Source of the DNA: Mobula hypostoma
Lineage: Eukaryota
DNA length: 64,000 nt
Direction: 5' to 3'
Assembly: GCF_963921235.1 (NCBI RefSeq)
Contig: NC_086108.1
Location: 31,498,001-31,562,000, forward strand
Shown: one piece after another, positions 39,053 to 50,569 of the stretch
Layout: each line of letters starts with the position of its first letter
Numbering within the stretch: the first letter of the stretch is position 1
The notes under the pieces: model-generated
Told to the model about the DNA's origin: nothing
Databases searched by the model: none
The model's input: the letters and a program-made list of their open reading frames with translations, nothing else
Translations under genes and position numbers: made by a program

Positions 39053-40206
39053 TTGTAATGACACCGCCCAGAAGAAGACAATGGCAAAGCCGCTTCTGTA
39101 GAAAAAATTGCCGAGAACAATCATGGTCAAGACCATGATCATCCATGTCATACAACATGACACATAATGACTGAATGATATCCAAGGGATTTACTGAGTA
39201 AGGAGGTTATAGATCATGATAGTGTACAGTTCCTTTGTTGTATCACTTCAGCTGATGAATCTGATCTGAATCTTTCCCATTTAGCACAATGTCAGTGCCG
39301 CATAAACACGATGAAGCATGTTAAATTGGAACAGTTTCTACAAGGGTGGTGCTGTGGACATTTCTGGTGTTACTGGTATGTGTAGAACCACCTGTAACAA
39401 AGTTACTAGTGTGAAAAAGGTACAGATAAATTTGTTTTATGGTACAGTACTGCTTTTCTTAGCACCTACAATGAGTACATTTCATCAATTGTGCCTTCAG
39501 AACAGTTCATTCAGTAGTGCCGTTACTGAGCCATTCTTAGTTGCCGGGCATTTGTTATCCTCTTCCCCCAAAGGTCCTTCAACATGCTGGAACACTCAGT
39601 CTTCAGGTGAGGGAGGACCGGAGTTCTTAATCACTTGGTTTCAGTCCCTGTGTTTGACCTCAAGCCCTTTGAACTGCAACGCAGTTTGTTGCTTGGATTT
39701 GAGCCTTGATTGCTTGAATCAACTTTCACAGCATGGTGGTGAAACCAAAGCACAAAGAAAGCCAATCAGACATCTTTCCACTTTCCATTTTTATGTTATA
39801 TTTTCAATTCATACTCACTTAATACACAGTTAATATTTCACAATGCCTTGCTAACATTGTTGTGGCCAATAAAATTAAACTTGCAGTGTTTCTTCTTATC
39901 TCTGTATAAGATTCCAATTCCAAATATGCAAATACATTCATATCGAAGCAAATGCTTGACAAGATGAAATTTTCAAAATGCAATAAGTACTATACATCAA
40001 TATCACATAACTGTAAATGTTATTTTCAAATATAATGTTTATCCTCACCCTTATCAATATACATTCTATCAGATTGCACTACATGCTTGACCAAGGCATA
40101 ACATTTCATTGACAATATCATATGAAGAAAATAACTTAAAAGCTTACTCAGGTGAACAGACCTATGATCCATAGGCACAGGAGGAATTAAAAGTAATCAG
40201 CAGAAA

Positions 40207-40610
40207 CTAAAGCTTATGTAATCCGAAAAAAGTGTGAAACTGATCAAAATTAACTAATTCTGGATTTGACACATTCACTAATATACGATCGCCTTTGGAT
40301 AATTTAAATACTCCTGTTTGAAAACTATTTCTTGACCACAAATTTTCCTTCTCAGCACAGTGCAAGTTGCTACTGACAGTCATTAGACGAAGAGCTACTG
40401 GATAGCGATCAGTTCGCTTGAGCACATTCTGTTGCAGCACTGTGTCTGGTTTGCATTCTGTGCCTCGGAAGTAGATTTTGGAGTAAATTAAGAAGTAGCC
40501 AGCTTCGCTAATGATCAACGAACCTTCTTTGTAATGTAAGCCACTTGTGAAGGCATTGTCCTTATTGGCATCCCATAGGAGTGTGCTTGAACTCTTGGCG
40601 GAGTACATTC
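40207..40610 (-). CDS. TNFSF ligand exon 4 (TNF homology domain)
   Basis: Acceptor ctcttatttgaag|GA; ORF 40207..40608 ends TFFGLHKL-stop. Confidence 0.95.
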
Positions 40611-43600
40611 CTTCAAATAAGAGATTGCAAATAAAGTATTACGGGCAGAAAGCAAATAGGACATATTGTCATGAGAAATTGAAAATGCATTTCATTTCCC
40701 AAACAAGAGAAAATCTGCAAATGTTGGAAATCCAAGCAACACACACACACAAAATGCTGGAGGAATGGGTCAAAACGGGCCGAAATGTTGACTGCAATTT
40801 TTTCCATAGATGCTGCCTGGTCTACTGAGTTCCTTTTTCCTAACAAAACTAATATGAAAATTGTCCTTTTCTTAGCATGATTCTTATGGTAAAATAACAG
40901 GAATTGAAATACGATGTTGGAAAGTGTATGATTATGCACTTTGGCAGAAGAAATAAACGGGCAGTCTACTATTTAAATGGGGAGAGAATTCAAAGCTCTG
41001 AGATGCAACGGGACTTGGGAGTCCTCATGCAGGATACACTTAAGGTTAACCTCCAGGTTGAGTCGGTGGTGAAGAAGGTGAATGCAATGTTGGCATTCAT
41101 TTCTAGAGGAATAGAGTATAGGAGCAGGGATGTGATGTTGAGGCTCTATAAGGCGCTGGCGAGACCTCACTTGGAGTACTGTGTGCAGTTTTGGTCTCCT
41201 TATTTAAGAAAGGATGTGCTGACGTTGGAGAGGGTACAGAGAAGATTCAGTAGAATGATTCCAGAATTAGAGGATTAACATATGAGGAACGTTTGTCCAC
41301 TCTTGGACTGTATTCCTTGGAGTTTAGAAGAATGAGGGGGGATCTCATAGAAACATTTTGAATGTTGAAAGGCATGGACAGAGTGGATGTGGCAAAGTTG
41401 TTTCCCATGATGGGGGAGTCTAGTACGAGAGGGCATGACTTAAGGATTGAAGGGCGCCCATTCAGAACAGGGATGTGAAATTTTTTAGCCAGAAGGTGGT
41501 GAATCTATGGAATTTGTTGCCACGGGCAGCAGCGGAGGCCAAGTCATTGGGTGTATTTAAGGCAGAGATTGATAGGTATCTGAGTAGCCAGGGCATCAAA
41601 GGTTATGGTGAGAAGGCAGGGGAGTGGGACTAAATGGGAGAGTGGATCAGCTTATGATAAAATGGCGGCGCATACTCGATGGGCTGAATGGCCAACTTCT
41701 GCTCCTTTGTCTTATGGTCTTATGGTCTTATTGTGTTGTGTTCCTTCAATTTTACTGTTACAAGTTTATTAAATGTCCTTTTCCCCCTCTGTCTCATTTT
41801 AATAATGTTAAACGTGCTCTCCTATATATAATTCTTTAGATTTGGTTTCTCACCTAAAACACTCAAAAACTTCTACAGATGTACCATGGAGACCATTGTG
41901 ACTGGCTGCATCATCATCTGCTATGGGGGTGGGAGTGTTGCTACTGCACAGGATTGAAGTAAGCTGCAGAAAGTTGTAACATTAGTCTCCCTCATCATGG
42001 GGACTAGCCTCTACAGTATCCAAGACATCTTTAAGGAACAGTGTCTCAAGAAGGCAGCGTCCATCATTAAGGACCCCCACCATGCAGGATATACCCTCTT
42101 CTCATTGTTACCATCAGATAGGAGGTACAGAAGCTTGAAGGCACACACTCAGTGATCAAGAACAGCTTCTTCCCCTCTGCCATCCAACTTCTAAATGAAC
42201 ACTGAACCCATGAATATTTTTTATTTTATTTAACCTCACTACATTTTTTATTTATTTCTGGTTTTGCAATGCTTATTTTAACTTAAATATTTAATAAACA
42301 TATGAATAATTACTATAATTCAATTTTTTCTATATTTATCATGTATTGCATTGTACTGTTGTTGCAAAGTGGACAAGTTTCACGACATATACCGGTGATA
42401 TTAAACTCGATTTTTGATGTGACAAGGCCTCTACCAATCTTAACAAGAAAATTGTTCTTTTTCTCCCTGAGAGGATGGGCACAATGTTAAGCAGGCAAAC
42501 AGAGCAGCCATTTTACAACACTGTGTCGGCTGCCAAACCGGGGATTAATGAATAATCAGCTTTTTTCTGGTTTGATCCTCCTTTGGTAGCCACCTCTATT
42601 GCATTTGAATCACCAGAGTAGGTGACCAGAGACTTTGTTTGTCTCATCTGAAAACAGACGCCTCAGTATTACTTACCGAGGACACAGCTTCTCAGTGTTA
42701 TATAATATCCACTGTCAGAATGATAAGCTGAATCCCTTCACACCACTCCCATAATTTTACAATCAAAAGGCACCTCCACTAATGATACAACTTTATTTCT
42801 GCCCCTTTGCAGCTGGGATGTCATGTTGCAACTGAACAAGACCAGACATCAAATATTGATCTCCCAGCTATAAGACTGAATATAAGCTGGGCAGGGTGCA
42901 AAGATTTATGAGGACATTATCAGAACTAGAGGACTTGAGTTATAAGGAGAGATTGGATAGACTGGGACATATTTGCCTGAAGTATCGGAGGCAGAAAGGT
43001 GACTTTATCAAAACACATAAAATCACAAGAGGTCTAGATAAAATGGATGGTCAGAGTCTTTTTCTAAAACTAGAGGACGTGGATTTGAGGTGAGGGGGGA
43101 AAGATTTAAAAGAAACTTGAGGAGAAACTTTTCAACGTAAAGGCAATGGGTATGTGGAACAAGTTGCAAGAGGAAGTTAACAAGCATTGGTAAAGACATT
43201 TAGACAGGTATGTGAATAGAAAAGAGTTTAGAGGGATTTTTGCCAAATACAGGAAAATGTGATTATCTTGGATAGACAACGGGGGCAGTAAGGACAATGT
43301 GGGCCTGTTTCCGTGCAGTATAATTATGGTTCTTTTTTTAAAAATCTTCTTTGATTTGAACTTCCATGCGATATTTTATCCCAATTTCTTTCCACCAACC
43401 CCAAACATGTACCCAGGCAAATCACTAACCTGTGAGGTGTGCAGCAACCGTGGTCTGTTTCTTAACAATTGGAGCTCCTATAAAGAAATATCAGAGTTAG
43501 AGGCAGAAGAATACAAGCACATGTCTACAGAATCTCTATATTCTCAGTAAAAGAAAATCTCTTCTGGTGAGACAAGAAAAATTGCTACAGATGAGGAGCA

Positions 43601-44357
43601 TTTCAAATTGAAATTGAAAGTTACTTTCAATGTGAGTTCCATTCTCACATTGATTAAAATAAAAGGTGAACTAAATGCTCAGGCTGTTCCTGCTTCATTC
43701 AGTTCATTTTGAAACTTGTGTATAGTATTCATATGTATAGTAACTTTACCTGTAGAATCATGTTATATTTCTACACATCTTTCAATATCACTTTGCATCC
43801 AAATCAGTTCACATTAGCTTTCTCCTTGTTGTATCTTGAAATGTGTGTGCATTATCAGGTTTTAGAAGTAATAACATTATGGGTAACAGGTTCTCATAGA
43901 TCAACTTATTTGCTGCCAGACTTTGAAATAACGATACTTAGGTATGAAGTTCTGTTTATACATGAAATTTAAAGCATTTTTCTACTCACCAACCATCTTT
44001 GCTTGTGAGCTTTGCTCTTCTTGATCCTGATAATAAAGAAGAAAAAGATTGCTTTCAAATTCTGGTTTTAAGTCAATTAAATTTGTCTTTCAGTTTTACA
44101 ATAAAAGAAGAATGAACCTTTTGGATTTTCTTGAATTCCATTCTGAGCTCTATGATGTAGATTGTTCCAAGTAGCAGACATGCCAATATTACTAACGTCA
44201 GGATCAGAATGACAACAGTACACACTTTCTGCCAGTCCCTCGTTGGCTTCTTTTGCCTTGGTGCAATTGCCGGGCGCATTGTGCCCATGGGATTACGAGA
44301 AAGATTCAGGTTTGTCCCCACAGTGTAAACCTGTGGTCGTCGGTAATCAGCCTCCAT
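40207..44357 (-). CDS. FASLG: TNF superfamily type II membrane ligand, Fas ligand-like (alternative: TNFSF14/LIGHT-like); join(44357..44118,44026..43990,43477..43430,40610..40207), 242 aa
   Basis: Exons of 240+37+48+404 nt = 729 nt splice in frame with GT-AG introns (phases 0,1,1). Cytoplasmic N-terminus, TM helix VCTVVILILTLVILACLLLGTIYII, stalk, then TNF homology domain AAHLTG...LLW...YSKIYFRGTEC...RYP...WSRNSF...VFKL...VNVSNPELVNFDQFHTFFGLHKL. The C-terminus resembles FasL most; orthology needs a phylogeny. Confidence 0.85.
40701..40833. mobile_element. Short inverted Penelope terminal-repeat remnant in intron 3
   Basis: Minus-oriented piece followed by a plus-oriented piece of the same repeat. 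Confidence 0.7.
40903..41730 (+). mobile_element. CR1 LINE 3' end in intron 3
   Basis: ARPHLEYCVQFWSP; (TCTTATGG)n tail. Confidence 0.92.
41853..42420 (+). mobile_element. Rex1/Babar-type LINE 3' end in intron 3
   Basis: Similar to the reverse complement of 22766-23320. Confidence 0.85.
42810..43330 (+). mobile_element. Old CR1 3' fragment in intron 3
   Basis: LEDLSYKERLDRLG...GDFI-THKITRGLDK. Confidence 0.75.
43430..43477 (-). CDS. TNFSF ligand exon 3 (GAPIVKKQTTVAAHLT)
   Basis: Acceptor tttctttatag|GAG, donor CAG|gttagt; encodes the AAHLT strand-A motif; 48 nt. Confidence 0.9.
43990..44026 (-). CDS. TNFSF ligand exon 2 (stalk, DQEEQSSQAKMV)
   Basis: Acceptor ttctttattatcag|GAT, donor TTG|gtgagt; 37 nt keeps frame; 91-bp intron 1. 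Confidence 0.85.
44118..44357 (-). CDS. TNFSF ligand exon 1 (cytoplasmic tail + transmembrane helix, 80 aa)
   Basis: ATG at 44357 in CCAATGG context; MEADYRRPQVYTV...TM...EFKKIQK; donor AAG|gttcat. Confidence 0.9.
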
Positions 44358-44498
44358 TGGCAGTTTCGTATCTAAAGTGCAGTTAGCAGCCTTCTATATG
44401 TGGTCCTTCTAATTTGGTACAGTATTCATGCATTAGACCAATGTCGAAACAATTCACTGGGTCTCCGTCTCTCGTGCAACTGCTGTGTCACTCTGTGT

Positions 44499-44595
44499 GG
44501 GATTTCCTTTTATACAAAGCCCAATCAGTTAGCTGGTCCACACTTGGTCGTCTTCCTCCTGAAGCAAATGGAAAGCTGCCAGGTAAATTTCCATC
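44499..44595 (-). promoter_or_regulatory. Candidate core promoter of the TNFSF gene: TATA box with adjacent kB-like, CCAAT and NFAT-like motifs
   Basis: Minus-strand TATAAAAG at 44514-44507, about 150 nt upstream of the ATG; GGGATTTCC 44499-44507; CCAAT 44521-44525; GGAAA/TTTCC cores near 44570 and 44588. Confidence 0.5.
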
Positions 44596-45534
44596 CAGTA
44601 AAGATGACACAGAAAGTCTAAATATTCCACCTGTTGCCTATAATTTTCGTTTTCAATAACCGAATCAAACCTACAATAGCAGAATTTCCAGACTGACTCT
44701 TAGGACCCCCCCCCCCAAACCACATATGAAACGTTTAACTCTGCCTGAAGTGAGAATGCACTGCAAAGACTATTTTTGTTGCTTCCTGTTACCTCCTGCA
44801 CTGTTTAATTAAGTGGGTGATTTGCAACATTTCCTCTCCCAGCCAACATAAAACGTCCAGTGGATGTGAAGATCATCTCATGAAATAGAAAACCTCCAAA
44901 TATGAATGCAGTGATACGACACAAATTTGTGTTAGATGTGTGTTAATTTTGAAGTTAAGGCAGACAACATACTTTACATTTTAGTTCTCCTCCCATTATA
45001 CCTGGATATTTCAAAAATTAATTAAAGGGATGGTTTATGTCAACAACTTCTTCACCATTGGAACATTCACCTGGCATAGGGGGCCATGCCTTCTTCTGTC
45101 GAGACAAAAACTTCCACTGCCAGGATCTCCTCCGATGTTAATGTATGAATGCGCAGGTTCATTTCTTACTCTCACTCAGCTAAACTGAAAGAAATGAGCT
45201 GTGACTCGTGGGTTGCAAGAATAGATTGATTACATAATCTGGTCTGACAGTTCAGAAGTATGCTATCCTGTAGCCTGTCCTCAGGATCAGACATTATACT
45301 GGTGTACCAACTGCTTTCAATTGATGTTGAAGAGGTGAAGTAGGTTTATCTCTGGCGTCATGACCAATACCTTTCCCTCAACCTACATTATAAAACAAAT
45401 TATCCAGTTGACACTGGAAGTTTGCTGTGTGCAGATTCTGAAAGTAGCAGAAAAGCATTGCATAAGTGCAATTCCTTTTTATTTACACCTAGCCAGGGAA
45501 ATTTTTAAACAAGACTGCTCTATTTCATTGCTGA

Positions 45535-46000
45535 GCAACACACACGCATGCTGGAGAAACTATGGAGGGAAGTGGACCACCAATGTTTTGGGTCAAAATT
45601 CTTCATCTGGAAAGGAGGAGATAGCCAGTATAAAGATCAGGAGGTGATAGGTGGTGGTAGGCAGATGAGGGAGGGAGGGAGGGAGAGAGGGATAAGAGTG
45701 GGAATGATGTAAGAAGCTGGATGGTGACAGGTGTAAGTGACAAAGGGCTGAAGAAGATGGAATCTGACAGGAGAAGATCGTGGCACATGGATAAAGGGAG
45801 AAATGTGGAAGTGATGGACAGATGGAGAGGAGGGGAGGAGAAAGATAGAAGGTGATGGGGCCAGTTGGATCATGAGGAAAAAGGGGGAAAGGGACAGGGC
45901 TTCCATGCTGTGTAGCTCTTTGACCCTATACAGAGAGTGGTTACCAGAAGTTAGAGAAGTCAATGTTCACGCATCAGGTGGAATATGAGGCTTTCCTTCT
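45535..46000 (-). mobile_element. Penelope-like 3' fragment
   Basis: Terminal repeat, purine tract and GAAGTTAGAGAAGTCAATGTTC ORF end. Confidence 0.75.
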
Positions 46001-46779
46001 AATATGTGTTTAGTTTTCACCTGACAGTGGAGGAGGTGATGTAGGAATCCTTTTCATTTTGGCACAGGTTGAAAATGTTGCTAATACATCTATGTTGCTC
46101 TTTAGTCCAGGTATCCTCAGCACACTGATTCTAGGGCAGAAGAGCAGTAAGTCTTGGTATGAATCAAGGACAAGGAATTGTGAAATAGGACAATAATGTT
46201 TCACTTTCCCTGAGTCACAGTATCCTGACCATTGTGCAGTATAAAATGGGATAACCCTACTGTACAAAAAGATGCAATGAGATGTGGCTGACGTGCATCT
46301 GGTTGGCTAACATAAGCTGCTTCTGACAGTAGATAAAATACAAGAGAATAAGAAGGGAACGTTGGCATATAGGTGAGAGAAAATGGATTGAAAGTCTTTA
46401 GGGAATAAGAGGGGAACAAGGACTGCTGGGAACCAACATTACACAGTGGACAAAATGGACTTCTGTGTTATAATCAGTATCTCAGCAGGTAGTGTAAGTA
46501 CACAATGGTCAGCATAGACCCAGTGGACTGAAAGGCCTGCTTCCAGTGGGCCATGCTTTATGACTTTAACATCATTGACACCATTTCAGGAAAAAGGACC
46601 TTCAATTTTGTGGAGATTGATGAAGCCTGGATTGGAAATATTTGACAGTTATTCAAGAAAGGGGACTTTGAAATATTAAATAAATTAAATTCTTTCCAGT
46701 GGCTGGCCAGACAGTACCTAGAGATTTAAGGTGATTGTCAAAAAAGGAGGATTTTGTTTAATTATTGAGTTACTTGAAT

Positions 46780-47330
46780 TTGCCCTTTGGAATAGTACAG
46801 GCCCCTCGGCTCACAATGTTGGCCCACCATTTCACCTACTACAAGATCAATCTAACTCTTCCCTCCCACATAGTCCTCCATTTTCTTTCAACCATGTACC
46901 TATCTAAAAGCTTCCTAAATGCCCTTAATGTATTTGCCTCTACCACCATCTCTGCTAAGATATTCCATGCATTCACCACTTTTTGTTAAAAAAAAGCTTA
47001 CCCCTGATATCCCCCAAATACTTCCCTCCAAAATTATAAAATTATACCCCCTCATATTAGGCCATTGTGTCCCCAGTGAAAAGGTGCTGACTGTCCACTC
47101 CATCTATGTCTCTTAACATCTCATACAACCAAGTCACCTCTCATCCATCCTTGCTCCAAAGAAAAGAGCCCTAGCTCATTTAACCTTTCCTCATAAACCA
47201 TTCTCTAATCCAGATAGCATCCTGGTAAATTTCCTAAAGCTTCAACATCTTTCTTATAATGAGACGACCAGAACTGAACACAATATTCCAAGTAAGGACT
47301 AACCAAAGTTTTATAAAACTGAAATATTAG
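46780..47330 (-). mobile_element. CR1 3' fragment
   Basis: Reverse-complement similarity to other CR1 tails in the window. Confidence 0.75.
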
Positions 47331-48255
47331 GTTCTCTAACAAATGACTCTGCTCTCTTCAACTGATCAATATGTTTTCTCCAGGTGACATCAAACATCAT
47401 CTCCACTATGCTGGAGAGTGGTCCAGTTCTGTCCTTAGATCTTTCGAAGGACTCACTTTTGATCATCTCTGTCATCCCTCACCAGCACTGCTTGTTTAGG
47501 AGTGAAACATTGAATCTTTTTGTTTGAGGAGCTTCCATTTCAGGGCCCCAAACAGTCCTTCCAAGTGAGACAACACTTCACCTGTGAATCTTGTTTGTTG
47601 TGTCTGATGCTCTCAATGTGGCCTCATCTGCATCAGTGAGATCCGTCATAAATTGAGGAAACTGATTCACTGAGCACCTCAGCTCCATTAACCCTAAGTG
47701 GAACTTCCTAGTAGCCAAACAGTTTAATTCTGATTCCCAATCCTGTTCCAACATGTCAGTCCACAGCCCCCTCTTGTGCCAAGTCGAGGCCAGCCTCAGG
47801 GTTGAGGAGCAACACCTTATATTTCATCAGGGTGGCCATCAAATTGATAACATGAATATTGACTTCTCCTTCCAGTAAAATGCTTTTCCCTCCCCCTCCC
47901 CTCTTCTTCTATTCCCCACTCTGGCCTTTTACCTCTTCTCACCTACTTATCACTTTCTCCGGGTCCCCTCCTCCTTCCCTTTCTGCTATGGTCCACTCTC
48001 CTCTCCTATCAGATTCCTTTTCTCGAACCCTTTACCTTTCCCACCCACTTAGCTTCACCTGTCACCTTCTACCTATCCCCCTTCCCCTCCCCACTTTTTT
48101 TTATTCTGGAGTCTTCCACCTTCCTTTTCGGTCCTGAAGAAGGGTCTCAGTCTGGAATTTATATATTTCCACAGATGCTGCCTGACCTGTTGTGTTCTTC
48201 CGGCATTTTGTGTGTTTTGTTTTGGATTTGCAGCATCTGCAGAATTTCTCTTGTT
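47330..48255 (+). mobile_element. Penelope-like element fragment
   Basis: FQGPKQSFQVRQHFTCES...FTEHL...EEQHLIF; terminal repeat. Confidence 0.8.
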
Positions 48256-49140
48256 TTCATTTTGTTTCAGCTGTTTGTCCTGCCTACTCTTGAAACTGGG
48301 CTTAGTAGATCCAAGTGTGAGCACAAGGGATGACCCAGGAAAGCAATGCTGGTAGGTTGTTGGTTGTGGAGTGTGCTGCACTGTGATATCAAGGAGGAAA
48401 TTGTTGGGCTTCTGATTCAGTGTTAGTGTAATAAGTTCCACTGACAGCGTGTTCTTTAGACTCTGGACAAACCTTTCCACCAAGCCACTTGTAGCTGGTT
48501 GGTACGGTGCAGATGTAATATGTCTTATTCCATTCATTTTCTGGAATGACTGAAACTGTTCTACAATAGATTGTGGTCTATTGTCATCGACTAAGTTTTC
48601 TGGAACACCAGTCCTTGTGAAGGGGCTTCTAACATATCAAAGATATGTAAAACTGTAGTAGAGGCGAATGGGAACACATCTGCCCACTTTGTAGCTGAAT
48701 CCACTGCTACCAAGAAATTTGTGCCAATGAGTGATCTGGCAAAATCCACATGAATCATTTGCAGGCCATTCCCAGAGATGGAGAAGCATCTTCCAGACTG
48801 TTGCCACCCCAATCAGTGCACAGCAAGCTGCTCGATCTGCTGATCTATCCCAGTCGACTAGAGCCAACACTTTCATTTTGACGACGCCTAGATGACCGGC
48901 ATGTAGCTCCTCCAACACTTCAGCTCTCAGCTTGCATGGTGCAACAACGCTCCATCCCACGTACAGCAAGCCCCATCAAGGACAATTGCATTCTGACAGT
49001 AGTAAAAATGAAGGAAACAGGAATTTCCACTGCACATTCCAGCTATGCTGGGTGGCCATGCAGACCTGAGACAGTGTGGAGCCTTTTTCTGGTTTCCCTT
49101 TGGATCATCCCTGCCATATGCATGAGGGAGAATATGTCAA
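48256..49140 (-). mobile_element. Gypsy-type integrase remnant
   Basis: LRAEVLEELHAGHLGVVKMK, IHVDFA...FLVAVDS-TKW, NGIRHITSAPYQPATSGLVERFVQSLK. Confidence 0.85.
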
Positions 49141-49321
49141 GAACATACTTGAATCACAGAGGGCACTTGAACATTCCAATACATAAAAGCATACTCACAT
49201 CTCAACATTTAACCTCCTCGATTATAGATCCCTCAATACCCTCACCCAACAGATGACCATCAGTCTCAGTCTGGAATGCTGCACGTCTGCTAGCATCAAC
49301 AACAACTTGCATCCATATATG

Positions 49322-49359
49322 CAGTCCTGATGAAGGATCTCAGCCTGAAACGTCGACTG
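49322..49359 (+). ncRNA. Minimal type-I hammerhead ribozyme motif heading a stand-alone Penelope repeat (49322-49458)
   Basis: CAGTC-CTGATGA-AGG atctcag CCT-GAAAC-GTC-GACTG; predicted cleavage after C49354. Confidence 0.7.
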
Positions 49360-49875
49360 TTTACTCTTTTCCCTACCTGCTGCCTGGACTGCTGAGTTCC
49401 TCCGTCACTTTGAGTGTGTTGCTTTGGACTTCCAGCATCTGCAGATTTTCTCTTGTTTGCATTTATATAGCATCACAGGTGTGATGAAGCACTCTAAGAT
49501 GCTTCATAGGAGTGTTATCAAACAAAACCTACTAACCCACATGGAGAGAAATTAAGACAGATGAAAATTTCCTTAGAATTATTTTTGGGTTTCTACTATA
49601 GTGTTTCCCATAAAATAGTAAGTTGTTTCTTGATTTCCTCCTGACTGGAAGGTGTTAAATTAAATAGTGTAGAAACTGAATACCCTATAGCATTAGCCCT
49701 CTACCCTAACGAGGTGACGCATCCAGCCGCCTGTCCCACCTTACCCTCCCAGCCACTCCCAGATCTTGCCCCTTCCCTCTTGGCTGTATATTGGGCCTCT
49801 AACCTCCCTCCAGGCTCCTGATAGCCTCTAGTTTCTTGCCTGCCTGCACCAGAGGACTTCAGCTTCTCATCCGAC

Positions 49876-50172
49876 CAAACAAGAGAGAATCTGCAGAAGC
49901 TGGAAATCCAAGCAACACACACAAAATGCTGGAGGAACTCAGCAGGCCAGGCAGCATCTTCGGCAGGACTGGAGAAAAAATGCTGAGGAATAGATTTGAA
50001 AGGTGGGGGTAGGGGAGAGAGAAACACCAGGTGATAGGTGAAACTTGAAGAGGGAGGGATGAAGCAAAGAGCTAGGAAATTGATTGGTGAAAGAGACAGA
50101 AGGCTATGGAAGAAAGAAAAAAGGGGGGGAAATGGAATCCTCCCCCCTCCCCATTTTCTTTCTTCCATGGCC
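49876..50172 (-). mobile_element. Penelope terminal-repeat fragment (hammerhead segment deleted) with short inverted end
   Basis: Matches 34690-35000 with a deletion; GCTATGGAAGAAAGAAAA versus TTTTCTTTCTTCCATGGC. Confidence 0.75.
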
Positions 50173-50569
50173 TCATCAGGAAACTACAGTCAGTGTGGGT
50201 CATAAATAACATATCTCCCTCACCAGCACAGCTCAAGGCTACTAGGCTCACTCTACAGCAGCAACTGTATGGCTAGACACAGCGCAAACACCATCTATAA
50301 ACTCGCCTGTGCCACAACTGATTTCAGCAGAATCTCAGATGGTGTGAGGCGGATCATCTAGTTGAGTGGTATCGCAACAACAACCTTGCACTCAACGGGG
50401 AAGTCAAGGGAACACACGCCAGTCCTCACCAAGGGAAGGATGAGTAGTTTCAAGTTCCCGTGCGTCAACATCTCTAAAGGTCTATCCTGGGCCTAACATA
50501 TTAATGCAATTACAAAGAAGGCATGACAGTGGCTATATTTCATTAGGAATATGAGGAGACTTGGTATGT

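Larger units (their letters stand above)
37230..39178 (+). mobile_element. RTE-related non-autonomous retroelement split by a hAT (pieces 37230-37447 and 39053-39178)
   Basis: The two pieces together reproduce the intact copy at 53541-53920. Confidence 0.8.

Noticed and set aside
39318..39833. 171-aa plus-strand ORF followed by AATAAA at 39868
   Set aside because: No recognisable domain and no supporting exons; possible convergent transcript end but unsupported
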